Assembly (NCBI GenBank): GCA_047495785.1
Contig: JBLDXI010000001.1
Location: forward strand, 1,302,001 to 1,366,000
DNA from: Lepidodermella squamata
Taxonomy: Eukaryota; Animalia; Gastrotricha
Length of the DNA: 64,000 nt
Direction of reading: 5' to 3'
The position numbers were made by a program, and so were the translations under genes. Shown one piece after another: positions 1-12,752 of the stretch. Each line of letters starts with the position of its first letter. The first letter of the stretch is position 1. The notes beneath the pieces were generated by a model. It ran no database searches. It had not been told where the DNA came from and worked only from the letters and a program-made list of their open reading frames with translations.

Positions 1-143
1 TACTTGATCGTGCGATCTATATAATTTGTGGCTTTTATTATGTTTATGAAGGCCGTATCGTAGCACGCGTTTCCAACAAATGCGTAAAACCATTCATAAA
101 AAGATATTTTTTGCAAACATTTTATGGATCGCACGATCAAGTA
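1..143. mobile_element. MITE-like inverted repeat in an intron of cyclase paralog 1 (may extend beyond the window)
   Basis: tacttgatcgtgcgatc (1-17) is the exact reverse complement of gatcgcacgatcaagta (127-143); further imperfect pairing inside. Confidence 0.55.
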
Positions 144-239
144 GCAAGGCGGAGTCATGGATACGAGCCAACTGACCAATCAGCGTGCGGATTTTTTTCA
201 ACTTACAACCTCAAACACAATGTCAGTATTTTTGATTAC

Positions 240-1082
240 CGAGAGCGCGCGAGGCGTATGCTGTTAGCACTGCTTGTTGGTAATTGATCGCAGCCCTTTG
301 AGCCAGCAGATAAGCAACTGTAGCACCCCAGATGCTGTCCAATCCTGTTGCGCTCGAAAGTATCTGAAGCTCAGTGTCCAGAATAACGAGAATGCTGCAT
401 TTTAAAAACTCAATGTCGTCGAAAACTGTTGACGCAATATGGGAAATAGCTAATGTGAAATTCTAACGAAATGTATGATACCATTTAATGATCGCTCGTC
501 AAAAGCTCGATAAGCGCGTAGGGATAGCGCTTCAGGTCGAGAAGCTAAATTCGACCGGATTCGTGCCACGGAACATATGTACGTTCGATACTCCGGGGCT
601 GCGAAGTAAATTTTCGTCAGTACATCGTAATGTCTGTTGAATACCTAGAAGGAGTTATTGAAGAATCCATCATCATCAACAATATTATAGTGATAACTCA
701 CGACATCATTCATCTTGACAGCCTCTCCCAGAGAAACGTAATCACTAGGGTTGTAGTTATTAGTCATATACCTGACCCTGGCAAACGATTCTGAAATAGC
801 CGTATCAGCCAAATCTGTCAATGCCTCGAATGCATCAAAATCGTCATTTGTATCTTGAAGAGTTTGAATCTCTTGGGCTGCGTTGGACAAAATTATGGAA
901 CTGCGCAAAATCCCGCAGATAATGACTACGGTTAGCGAGCACGCGAGTGCAATTAGAAACGGCTTGGCTTTGTTAGTCAGAACTAGCGACTTTGCCTCCA
1001 TCTCCACTTCCTTGAATGTATCGCCGGATGCCAAAGACAAGCCGGATTGTTGGCTGCCACTTCGACTTACAGCTCGAGACAT
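240..1082 (-). CDS. Membrane guanylate cyclase paralog 1, 5' exons only (gene runs off the window start)
   Basis: Exons align with paralogs 2 and 3 (SGDTFKEVEMEAK, TM1, FARVRYMTNNYNP, FDDIEF, WGATVAYLLAQRA); donor GT at 239. Confidence 0.85.
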
Positions 1083-2490
1083 TTTGTCGAAGAAAATCTT
1101 ACGGTTTAAAAGTACGTAAACCTATAAGTGTAGGGAACAACAATCACTGAAGCAACAAGTTTCAGAAGGCTCGAAAGGCCCAGGGTATTTTTCATCTAGA
1201 GAAGAAGTTTCTATTTATTTATTTAATGAGCCATTAATCCATAGTGAGTTGGAAAGCTCAGCTGTAAAAAGAAAGTAGTGATTAAGTTGATTGCAAAACT
1301 ATACAACAAGAAGGCGTGTCTTAGGACAGGTAGAAAACAAATAGGACAAAAGCATGCATGAAAAATCACATCAACAACATGAGACGGTTTCATCAATCGT
1401 TCGTTATAAAAATGTATAAAAAGGCGATTTCAGTTTTCGATAGCAGGTTTAGTGGTGAGCTCGGTAGCGGGCTCGGCAGTGCTTTTGCTTTGTTATTGGA
1501 TGAAATGTTCGCAGACTAACTGCCTGCACTGATCGGCGGTGGATGCTGCTCGGATCTCGTCTCGAAGGCTGTTCCAGAAGACCGCCCCATAATACGGTAG
1601 GCAGCGTTCCACTGTTCTCGATTTTATTTTCGGTGGTTGCAGGATGTTGGTCAAGCCATTTAAGGCTGATTGTTTTCAAGTCGGAGCCGTTGGTTCTCGT
1701 ACATTGGAGAAGGCAGTTAAAGCATCCGGATCTTCCCCATTCATGCATCGCCATCTCCAAGTGGCCAAGTGAACCTTGCGTTTTCCGTCTAAATCAAGCC
1801 AACGCAGACTTTGTCGCAGCGGTTTCGGGTCGCCGTTCGCTGGAGCGCGGCATGTGATCCATGATTCGAACAGCCTGGTCCTGGCGCTTTTTTCCAGTTT
1901 TTTCCAGCTTTGGTGGGGCTTTGTTCTCGAAACATCTCCTCAATCATGTGCAAATTGATAGAGATCGATTTTGAAAGAGATAATAACGCCGATCGGACAG
2001 CCGGAGCAATGAGATTGGCGCTTTAGTTTCGATGTTCAGATCGCTGGAACGCTCATATCTCGTCGCTTGTTTTCCGAAGATGTTACGACGAGGGAACTCA
2101 TTCCAAAAAATATTTATCATAGAGCCTATTAATGCAAAGGATTGGTACAGGAATAGATCAAAGATAAATGGGTAGAAGAAAGGCAGGCCGGGAACCGGGC
2201 AGTTTGATCTAAACAAATATCCTGGGGAATATTTAGACAGGGATTGAGAACTTAAGAACAGAGGTTGAAAGTTACCCGCAGCTCACCTAAGAAAGCATCT
2301 GTAGGTTGAAAGTAAGGGCAAGCACATTTAGGACACAATTGTGCGTGTGAACTGAAGCGAATGTGAATCTTACCTCATTGCAAATATACTAGCGAGAAGA
2401 AATATTATTTGTTATGCCGCGCTGCCGACGATGTCTCCCTAAATTCTTAATCTAGGAGCGAATGTATCTTCGCATATTCCTCATTTTAGA

Positions 2491-5184
2491 TCAGGTGCGC
2501 GAGACTTCTGTGAGCGTGTAATCAGTCGTGGCGCTGCAGAATAGTGACAGGAATGGAGAGCTGGTGACCTTGTTTCTCAGCCAATAAGTTGGCATACCGT
2601 CCTATCAAACATGAAGGGTTGGTTGTTATCATGGGGATATTGCTTGCGTCGTTAAATTACTCGGATTTAGGCTTGTTTGTTCAGTTACAACATGGCGGCA
2701 TGTACAGGGTCATTTGTTTTTGCCTCTTCTCTCGCGTGAAAAAAACTCCCTTCTACTTTTCACCCGTCACTTGTAACTGATGTCAACACGCCTAAATCCG
2801 AGTTATTCAACGACGCTATCAAATAGTTAATGGCCCTTGATTATGAAGACAACAAATCAAGCACTTACAGGCCACTCGTTTTTAGGGCGTTCCTGCAGTA
2901 TGAATCCGCCTAGTCGATTGAGTTCGCGATACGACGATAGGCTGACTTGAATTTTCTGTGGTTGCGAAGTCTGTTCCATGCGATTAGCTAATAAAATGTC
3001 ACGTTACATACAGAAAATTGTATGAAACCTGCAGAAATACCATATTGAACTGTGTTGCCGAATAGACAGTAGCGGAATGTTTTGAAGCCGACAATTCCAG
3101 CCATAACTGGGCCGCTGTTGATGCCGACTCGGATGCGTATCTTGTCCTTTCTCCCAGGCACCTTGATCATTCCGACTTCTTCAATCAAGACAAGAGCCAA
3201 CGAAGCTATTTCAATAGCATGACCCGTAATGCGATTAGGCACTCCACTTGCTACGACATACGCATCTCCTATCGTTTCCACTTTGTAACATTGGAAAGCA
3301 TTCGTTCGATTGTCAAAAGTGGAGTAAATTTGGTTGAGAAGGCCCAGCACGTCTTGAGCTCTCAATTTCGAACAGATCGACGTGAACCCAACAATGTCCG
3401 AGTAGAAAATCGTGACGTTATTGTAGTACTCTGGGCTAACTTGAACGCCCCTGTTCAACTGTTTGGCGATGCTTTTCGGTAGTAGACGGTAGATAGCCCG
3501 GCAAGAATCCATGTACCGCTCGACGCAAGAATCATAGCGACTGAGAAGCCTAGTGGCTTCTCTAGCAGTATGAACAATCCAAACAACGCTGAGCCATGGC
3601 AAGAAAATTCCAAATATAGCCAGTTTGATACCCTCTGCAAATAAAATTCAAGGAAATATTCGCGCAATCGAACAAGCTTCCGGAATAATGAGTTGTCACG
3701 ACGACGAGGCTTTTCATCGTCCCGTCACGCAAATTGCTCATTTGGAGACATAATTACAGATACCGGATTCATAATAATTGTTTTAGCGGGTTACCTGTGA
3801 TCACAGTGTTGTACGCAGAGTTTAGAGCGTCGTCGTATGAATCCAACATGACATTTTTGTAATATCGTGTAATTTTCTTCAATTGCTTTGTAACTTGAAG
3901 ACTGGCAATAGACTGCTCGTCTGCGATGAATGACTATTTTTAAAATGTACTCAAGCAGAAATAAGTTACATGTTTGCCCAAGTGATACTAGCAAGTAAGC
4001 TTTCGTGGCATTTGGAATCGCTTCCGATTGATCTATTAGTCCTTGTATGGCTGCAATCGCCTCGTCAGTTCCATCGCCAGCATTGTTCGGTAACAATAGA
4101 CTTGCTTTTTTTAGAAGCATAACGGCCAAGCTCAGCGAATCTTCCATTTGCAAAGAATCGTTTTTCCGATCAAATTTTGCAGCATTTGATCTCACTGTTT
4201 CAAAACAGGTTTAAAGAAAAGAATTAATGCAAAATGATTGAAGTGAGCGGGTAAATATGGCCTTCAGCCCGCGCTTGTGCTGCCTTATTTAAGCAAGCCT
4301 ATTCAAGCTTTAAGAACCCAGATATAGTTGAGTATAATGAATACCGAGGGCACGAGAGGCGTATGCCACCAAAACTGCTTGTTGGTAATTGATCGCAGCT
4401 CGTTGAGCCAGCAGATATGCAACTGTAGCGGCCCAGATGCTGTCTAATCCTTGTGAACTCGCCACTACTTGAAACGTTGTGTCCAGAACGACAAGAACGC
4501 CACATTTTAAAAACTCAATGTCGTCAAAAACTGTCAACGGCATGTTGACAATAGCAAAAATTAATTTCTAATAGAAATTTCCAATACCATTTAATGACCG
4601 CTCGTCATACGCTCGATAAGCGCGTAGGGACAGCGCTTCAGGTCGTGAGTTCAAATTCGACCTGATACGCGACACCGAACATGTGTAGGTTCGGTATTCC
4701 GGAGCCCTGAAGTAAAGTCTCGTCAGTACAGCATAATGCCTGTTGAATGCCTAAAAGGAAGGCCTAAGAATGAAAAATACAGAATAATATGGTGGTAACT
4801 TACGACGTCATTATTCTTGTATATCTCGCTAAGCGCAGAGTAGTCACTCGGGTTGTAATTATTCGTCATATACTTGACCCGCGCGAATGAAACTGACATA
4901 GACGTGTCGGCCAAATCTTTCAACGCCTCGAATGTATCGAAATCGTCATTGGTATATTGAAGAGTTTGAATATCTTGGGCTGCGTTGGATAAAATTATGG
5001 CACTGCGCAAAATTCCACAGATAATGACTACAGCTAGTGTGCACGAAAGTGCGATTAGCAGAGGCTTGGCTTTGTTAGTCAGAACCAGCGACTTCGCCTC
5101 CATTTCCACCTCCTTGAACGTATCGCCCGACGCCAACGACATGCCGGACTGTTGGCTGCCACTTCGACTAAGAGCGCGAGGCAT
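2491..5184 (-). CDS. Two-TM guanylate cyclase with NIT-like extracellular domain, paralog 2 (multi-exon)
   Basis: TM1 near the N-terminus, TM2 LAIFGIFLPWLSVVWIV, then cyclase motifs TIFYSDIVGFT, YKVETIGDAY, RVGINSGPV, RYCLFGNTV; exons splice in frame; the 3' end is uncertain (one more short exon is possible). Confidence 0.9.
2646..2816. mobile_element. MITE in the last intron of cyclase paralog 2
   Basis: 27-nt imperfect TIRs gcgtcgttaaattactcggatttaggc / gcctaaatccgagttattcaacgacgc; the matching intron in paralog 3 is only about 60 nt. Confidence 0.7.
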
Positions 5185-6074
5185 TTTTTCGAAGGAAATC
5201 TCACGTTTTCAAATATTGTAAGCCTAAACGTGTAAGGAATTAAACACCCGAGTATATGCAAGGAATTTGCGATTTAAACTGCGCATGTAAAAAGAATTAT
5301 CGATAAAATAGGTCCTACTGTAGTAAAGTGAGGTACATTCTTGATTGAAAATTGAGACAAGGGTCGGGAATGTTTACCGTTCATGCGAATACTAACTAGT
5401 TGTTTAGCATGCCAATTACACACAACTCTCGCGGAACACAACCCATTGAAAGCGACATCGAAATCTAAAATTGTGTAAAATCCAGTCACTCTTTCTTACC
5501 TGCATATTATGATCGCGCGCTCATAATTAGTTATTAGTACCGGCTCACACAGAACACGAACAACAGATTTTCACGGACGCAGCAGGCTAATTGATAACCG
5601 ATCAATATTCTTCTAGTAGGGAATAGGCTTATGCAACCATTTTTTTGATAACGATGACAGGTTCAGTCAGTTATGAGACGTAGATAGGTACACCGCGGCT
5701 CTCAGAAAAGTAGTAGAAAATGTGAGGTTGTTTTGTGAGGTGCAAGTCCAAATGACTAGCTTATGCCAATATTACGTATTGCCAATAGTATGATCAATAA
5801 ACCCCAGTATATCGCAAATTGTGGTATATGGTCACCCGAACCCCCCGAAACTTACCGGAGCAAGAGATGTCATTAAAGACGTACGTACGTAGACTGTACC
5901 TAGACCATGTTCAGGGGGGAAAACGTTCGAGCTGGAGGCCTTATTGTTACAGAGCTTACCTTGATGCCCATATTTATTGCCAGACATAATTCTTTGTTAT
6001 GCCGCGTCGTTGACGATGTCCCTCACGCCAGGCCTAATCTGAGTGCGAATCCGTCAATAATCCGTTGTTTTCCA

Positions 6075-8350
6075 TTAGATTCGTGAAACCTCGGTGAGAG
6101 TATAATCAACGCCGGCGCTGCTAAAAAGAGACAGGAAAGGAGAGCTGGTAGACCTGTTCCTTAGCCAATAAGTTGGCATACCATCCTATTGAAAGTTTAG
6201 TTGAGAATCTTGAGATGATGTGGGACTAAAAACAGATGAAATACTTACAGGCCACTCGTTTTTAGGCCGTTCCTGTAAAATAAATCCACCGAGGCGATTG
6301 AGTTCGCGAAACGACGACACGCTGACTTGAATTCTTTGAGGTTCTGACGTCTGCTCCATGCGATTAGCTAACAAAGTTTCGTGTAATACAGACATTTATA
6401 ATAAATCTGCAAGAAATACCGTATTGAACTGTGTTGCCGAATAGACAGTAACGGAATGTTTTGAAGCCGACAATGCCAGCCATAACAGGGCCGCTGTTGA
6501 TGCCGACTCGGATGCGTATCTTGTCCTTATTCCGAGGCACCTTAATCATTCCAACCTCCTCAATCAAAACAAGAGCCAACGAAGCGATTTCGATAGCATG
6601 GCTGGAGATGCGATTCGGCACTCCACTCGCGACGACATACGCGTCCCCTATCGTTTCCACCTTGTAACATTGGAAAGCATTAGTTCGATTGTCAAACGTC
6701 GAATAGATTTGGTTGAGGAGGCCAAGCACGTCTTGAGCTCTCAGTTTCGAACAGATCGACGTGAACCCAACTATGTCTGAGTAGAAAATCGTGACGTTGT
6801 TGTAGTACTCTGGACGGACCTGAACGCCTCTATTCAACTGTTTAGCGATGCTTTTCGGCAGAAGGCGATAGATGGCCCGGCATGAATCCATGTACCGCTC
6901 GACGCAAAAATCGTAGCGACTGAGGAGTCGTTTAGCCTCTCTGGCAGTATGAACGATCCAAACAACGCTGAGCCATGGCAAGACAACCCCGAATATCGCC
7001 AGTTTAATTCCCTCTGTGAAACATTTTTCAAGAGAAAGGTCATTAGGTTCAACTGACTTACCTGTTATCACGGTATTATAGGCCGAGATCAGAACATCAT
7101 CAAATGAATCCAACATGAAGCTTTTGTAATAGCGCGTAATTTTCTTCAACTGAGATGTTAGTTGAGCACCGAGTAGCGACTGCTCATCTGCAATGAAAAA
7201 CGATTTACCATGAAATGTTGGTAAAGTAGTAAAGCTGTATTACATGTTTGCCCTCGTGATACAAGCAAAAAAGCTTTCGTGGCATTCGGAATCGCTTCCG
7301 ATTGATCCATTAGTCCTCTAATTCCTGAAATTGCCTCGCGAGTACCAATATCAGAATTGCTCGGCAACAGAAGACTCGCTTTTTCCAGTAGCATAGCCGC
7401 CAAATTCAGCGAATCTTCCATTTGCAAAGCGTCAGTTTTCCGCTCAAAATTTGCAGCATTTGAATGCACTGTAACAATGAAAAAGTTAGGATATTGATGT
7501 TAGACAGATATTAAGCAGACCAAGAACACGAGAGGCGTAGGCCACCAAAACTGCATGTTGATAATTGATCGAAGCCCTTTGAGCAAGCAGATTCGCAACT
7601 GTGGCGCCCCAAATGCTATCTAGTCCTGTTCCGATCGATAGTATCTGAAGCTCCGTGTCTAGCATAAGAAGAACGCTGCATTTGAAAAACTCAATGTCGT
7701 CGAAAACTGTAAATAAACATATGTTTAAATGAGAATCAAAGTTAACTTTTATACCATTTAACGATCGCTCGTCATACGCTCGATAAGCGCTTAAGGAAAT
7801 TGCTTCAGTTCGTGAGGCCAAATTCGACCTGAGACGCGCGACCGAACAGTTGTACGTACGATATTCCGGGGCAGTGAAATAAATTTTCGTCAGAACATCG
7901 TAATGTTTGTTGAATACCTGAAAAAACTAGTTTAATGACCCAAAATTAGCCAATAAAATGAAACCTTACAACGTCATTCATTCGGACAGCCTCGCCAATA
8001 GATACGTAATCATTAGGGTTGTAGTTATTTGTCATATACCTGACCCGAGCGAACGATTCAGCCATGGTAGCATCTGCTAGATCTGTAATAGCCTCGATTG
8101 AATCGAAATCGTCATCGGCATCTTGTAGGACTTGAATATCCTGAACAGCCTTGGATAAAATTATGGCACTGCGCAAAATGCCGCACAGAATCACCACACT
8201 TAGCGAACAGGCGAGTGCAATTAGCAAAGGCTTGACTCTGTTATTCAAGACTAGCGTCTTCGCCTCCATTTCAACTTCTTTGAACGTATCGCCTGACGCG
8301 AAAGACGCGCCAGATCGTTCGCTAGCACTTCTGCTATAAGCCCGTGACAT
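6075..8350 (-). CDS. Two-TM guanylate cyclase with NIT-like extracellular domain, paralog 3 (multi-exon)
   Basis: Same exon structure and cyclase motifs as paralog 2; first intron 7918-7969 (52 nt); 3' end uncertain. Confidence 0.9.
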
Positions 8351-8551
8351 TTTTGCGAAAAATGTAGAGTGAAAATTATTGTGAACTTGGATGTTGTAGT
8401 ATAACCTTGAAACAATCCCATCTGAGATTGCGCTAATTTAATCAGCTTCGATAATCCTTATTATCTCGAAAATTGAAATTATTTAGGCAATGATTTTATA
8501 AACACGGACTGAGGATTACTTCAGTGCAAAAAACATCACTTGAATTTTTCT

Positions 8552-9979
8552 TTATTTTATTGAATGCGGAAACAAATCACCAAAGCTCAACAAATGTGAT
8601 AAATGAGGAGTGAGATTCATGCTGTCAATCGCCGTCTGCCGGTTCGACAGACCCCGCGGTAGTCTATTTAGAACCATCCGTCTTGAAATTGATTGAAGCG
8701 TCATCGGAAATCGTTGCCGGATGAGCTGTTCGAAATCGACGCTAGAAAACCTGATCGGCGAACTGAGAGGCAGCCGCGGAATTTCAGCGAGAGATTCGAT
8801 GAAAATATCGAAAATTGCCCCTCTCCGCCGGTAACTAGGCCATAATTGGCCGCAAATGTCTTCAGCTCGTTTGTTCCAAACATGCTTCAGGTGAATTGTT
8901 GATCGAATAACCTCGCAGTAAGTCGTCCTTGCCCCGGCTCGAAGGAGTGGAATAACAGCAAACGCGACCACTCGAGCAATTTCTTGAGTAGCAAATGGCA
9001 ATGGGAATTCAACAATCATCTCCATGTAACAGGCCATTAAGGCGGCTAAAAGCGGCGTAACTGGGGCATTGAGCGGTGGGTTGAAGTCAACTGAAAAATC
9101 AGCCGAGAAAAACGATTGCCGCGAGGCGATTTCAACTAGCCGAACGCCGGCTTCAGGGCTCAAAATCGCCATATAGACCAGGTAGTGCAGTAAAGCTCGA
9201 TTGACGTCGTCGTTATCGAACCACAGGGTGGTTTCATTCTTGCAATATTGATCCAAAAGCGAGATAACGCGACACGTATCAAGCGAATCGATTAGGCTCT
9301 GATCGCGGGAAATTTCTTCGCAAATCGTCATGCGGCGGATTTTTTGAAATTGAGAACACGAGTAAGTCAGAATTTTCGAAGATTCTTGCTGCCAAATACT
9401 AGTAAGAGGGCAAATTCCGTATTCGAAAATCAGAGTTTCAACTCCGCTTGAGAACGAATTTTCAATACAGAAATCGAGCAGGTTTCTCAATGAGCAGGAC
9501 GGGAAGGTTTTCGACGCCTCGCCTAGCACAAGTTGAAAATTCGAAATGTCCCTAATTAGGACACAAAAAAACGAAAGCAGTAGATCCAACGCGGAGAAAT
9601 GAGGGACGGCAGCTTGTGATGACCGCTCTTCGTTGATTATTCGGCCGAGTTTCCCAAGTTCATCCCTATCAATAAGGAAACTTTTAGCCAGGTAAAATCC
9701 GTCATTGATGTTGTAGATAGGCTGGCGAAATAGCAGCGTGTATTCATTGCCATGCTCGGGCCCTTCATGGCTGTCGAGCCGGTCGTCCCAACTTCGAGCT
9801 GAAGATAGCACAAAACGAAGGCTATCGGCTTGATTTGCGGTTGTAAGTTGGCTGTTGATGCGCCTCAAAGCTGAGCGGATGTCTCGCAAAAACTGCTGAG
9901 GCCTCGAGCCGGGAAAACACGTCGAGGCACAAATTAGGTCTTCATGGCTGCGCGAGTGCCTCAGCCGATCGTTTTGCAT
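8552..9979 (-). CDS. Intronless SOCS-box protein with a possible degenerate ankyrin-like segment
   Basis: C-terminal PMTLQSISRRMVLNRL...IDSMNLTPHLSHLL fits the BC-box/cullin-box pattern; VTPLLAAL...LLRAGA resembles an ankyrin repeat; first ATG at 9979. Confidence 0.7.
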   Translation of the reverse strand: MQNDRLRHSRSHEDLICASTCFPGSRPQQFLRDIRSALRRINSQLTTANQADSLRFVLSSARSWDDRLDSHEGPEHGNEYTLLFRQPIYNINDGFYLAKSFLIDRDELGKLGRIINEERSSQAAVPHFSALDLLLSFFCVLIRDISNFQLVLGEASKTFPSCSLRNLLDFCIENSFSSGVETLIFEYGICPLTSIWQQESSKILTYSCSQFQKIRRMTICEEISRDQSLIDSLDTCRVISLLDQYCKNETTLWFDNDDVNRALLHYLVYMAILSPEAGVRLVEIASRQSFFSADFSVDFNPPLNAPVTPLLAALMACYMEMIVEFPLPFATQEIARVVAFAVIPLLRAGARTTYCEVIRSTIHLKHVWNKRAEDICGQLWPSYRRRGAIFDIFIESLAEIPRLPLSSPIRFSSVDFEQLIRQRFPMTLQSISRRMVLNRLPRGLSNRQTAIDSMNLTPHLSHLLSFGDLFPHSIK

Positions 9980-10317
9980 CAATTTTTGCGTAGAATTATC
10001 ACAAATCAACTACTACTCTATAATATGTATTTCAAATAAAATTATCTCGGTGTTCAAATAGTATTTGCTTTTGGCGGAAAGATCTCAGCAGATGTTTCGA
10101 AAATTACGTCGTTTGGGTACCGTAATATGTTACAGGCGGATAGGATTTTGAAAGGGCTTTCTTTTCCTTTATGGACCTTTGCCTCCATAGAAACATTTGA
10201 ATCACAGAGTAAACAGAAGATAATGATAAAAATTCGACGTTGCTTACTGCCTATTACACTTAGTTTTTGCGATAGGAACTACAATAACATTTTGATATTA
10301 ATTTCTAACCTAAGAAA

Positions 10318-11453
10318 ATGATGTTCGGGATGAGTTTGATGAGGACAATTCTAGTCCTCTTTAGCCTCATTTTTTTGGTAAAAGAGCTATAATTTAACAT
10401 TTTGAGATATATAATTTTACCCGTTTGAAGCTTTTCGGCATTGCCACGCTGAGTATTGGCGCTTGGGTTGTGGTCGATTTTGCGTAAAATCATTCAAGAT
10501 TCTTCCCTTTGATTATACAAATATTTTGCTTCAACAAGATCGATCCTTTACTACTTCCCGGATGAACTCAAGACGGATACTGATTTGATTAAGGGAGCTG
10601 GTTATTCCTGCATCGCTTTAGGCACTTTTTCTGTCATCACCAGCGTCTTTGGCGGATTCGGAGCATGGACGAGGAACCGAACCCTTCTAGGCATAGTAAT
10701 TTCTCAGATTCCGCCTCTCGAGCAAAATGTAACTTTTGATACTACAGTTCAGCATCATCATGATTGTGGTAACCGCGGCAGTGATGGCTGCAGTTATTAT
10801 CGCCCTACTTCACGAAGATTGGGTTAGTTTCTCGCATCTCAATTCGGAATAAAAATCGGAACTATTTTGCCCATCAGATTGAAGACATTGTAGGCGAATC
10901 TATGGTCTACGAGCAAAAGCACAATATAACAACTGGATTGCTGAAGTATGCGAGCGATAAGGTATATAAAATTCCCAATTCACAAAATTAAAAAATAATC
11001 CACCTTAATTATTCAGTATAACTGCTGTGGTATTGTCTATCAAACTACCTGCGACATGGATTACCCGGGCTTGAACTGTACCATGGGCTCTTTGAATTGT
11101 CAAACGGTATGAATAGGTCTATTAGCAATTTTGAATCACCCTTAACTTATTTTAATTTAACGCATATAGGGCTGTCTGGACAAAGGTGAGAGTTTTGATT
11201 GATTAAAAGGAGTAGTTATTTTTCAGGGTAATTCTTATACAGTATGGGACAATATGTTCGCACCAAATTTGAAGGTAGCTGTGGTCACTCTCTACGTTTT
11301 CACCGTATTTGTGGTTCGTAATTTTTGTTTTGAAAAATCGCGAATTTTTTTACTTGAAATTCTCATTTTTTTCAGACCGTTCTCACAATGATGGCAATGT
11401 GCGTTTGCAATCATGGCAAACCATCAGATCATTCATACGAGAAGCAATATTAA
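10318..11453 (+). CDS. Tetraspanin 1
   Basis: Four hydrophobic segments, FGGFGAW, YNCCG and GCLD in spliced exons; AATAAA immediately after the stop. Confidence 0.85.
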
Positions 11454-11672
11454 AATAAATTGAGTGATTCATCGAAATTTCGACACCATTACGCCCATTT
11501 TTGAAGCAGTAGAGACCTCCTGATTCGGACGAAATGATAATTATCTTAGTGTTATCTTATCGAGGCGAGGAAGCAAAATAAAACCTGTGAACTGATACAC
11601 CGAGCTTGTTGTATTCCTATAAAGCGTATTATCATATTCTTCCAGAAAAACTCATCATTGAATTGCTGAAAA

Positions 11673-12752
11673 ATGGCAGGTTGTGGCCACGAATGCATCC
11701 GAATACTTATGATAGTATTCAACTTCATATTTATGGTAAAATACTATACCTCAGACTCTGAAATTATGGTCGCCTGGAATTTATTTCCACTTTCCACAGC
11801 TGGGTGGCATGGGTTTAATCGGCGGCGGGATTTTCATTACGATCGATGTCGATAAAGTCCTAGGCTATTTGCCAGAAGACATGGCTTCAGACAAGTCTCT
11901 GGTACAAGGAGTCGGCATTGCAATCGCTATTGTTGGGGGTCTTACGATTCTTCTAGCTTCCTTCGGATTAGTCGGAGCATGGCGGGAAAGCAAATGCCTT
12001 TTACTTACGGTAAATTTGGAAAAGTTTTAGAATCAGTATTTTCCTTAATTAAATCGCAGTTTTTCACGAGTATGCTCTTCATATTCCTAATTGTCGTCGG
12101 AGGCGCAGTCATTCTTCTTGTAAAACAAGATTGGGTAAGAATCTGAGAATAAAACTCTATTTAAATAATTTGTTCCTATACTTCATTTCAGTTTAAGGAT
12201 GTCATAAAAGATGAAATGACGTATGAGGCTCAGAATATGAAAACGGGAGGATTATTGGAACTTGCCCATACCTCGGTATGAAGTTATTTTAATAGGCCAT
12301 ATTATAGACTCAGTTACACTTCCTATTCAGTACAATTGTTGCGGAATAGCGACCGTGAAATTTTGCGAGCAGGACTATCCTCCAGTTGACAGCTGCAAAG
12401 CCAATTCAACAAAGTGCGAAAATGTAAGTAATAGAAGGAAATTCTCTTTCCCCAATTATTAGGGGTTCCAAAAATTGAAGGGCTTTGTCCTAATTAGTAT
12501 GTGTTGCTGATTTGTAATATTGAAACTTTGTTTTCACAGGGCTGCTTGGACGCTGTTTGGAATAATATGATTAAACCTAACCTCGACCTTGGAATCGGTA
12601 GCCTTTTCGGCCTCGCGATCATTGTAGGCCTATCTTCAACGTTTTCAATCTGCCTATGCTGCTCGGTTAAACGGCGCGACGAAGCTTTCGCATATCATCA
12701 CCACCACGAAGAGCATAGTGTTAACAGAGACTATTCGTTCATGAAAAATTAA
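11673..12752 (+). CDS. Tetraspanin 2
   Basis: FNFIF TM1, FGLVGAWRESKCLL, YNCCG, GCLDAVW, juxtamembrane CLCC; His-rich C-tail. Confidence 0.9.

Noticed and set aside
1449-2400. Short ORFs and splice-like signals between cyclase paralogs 1 and 2
   Set aside because: I could not assemble a stop-free model or recognise a domain; may be UTR or a decayed element
5960-6077. Similarity between cyclase paralogs downstream of the called stop codons, suggesting read-through
   Set aside because: Further in-frame stops follow; an extra short exon or conserved UTR explains it better, and the frames differ between paralogs
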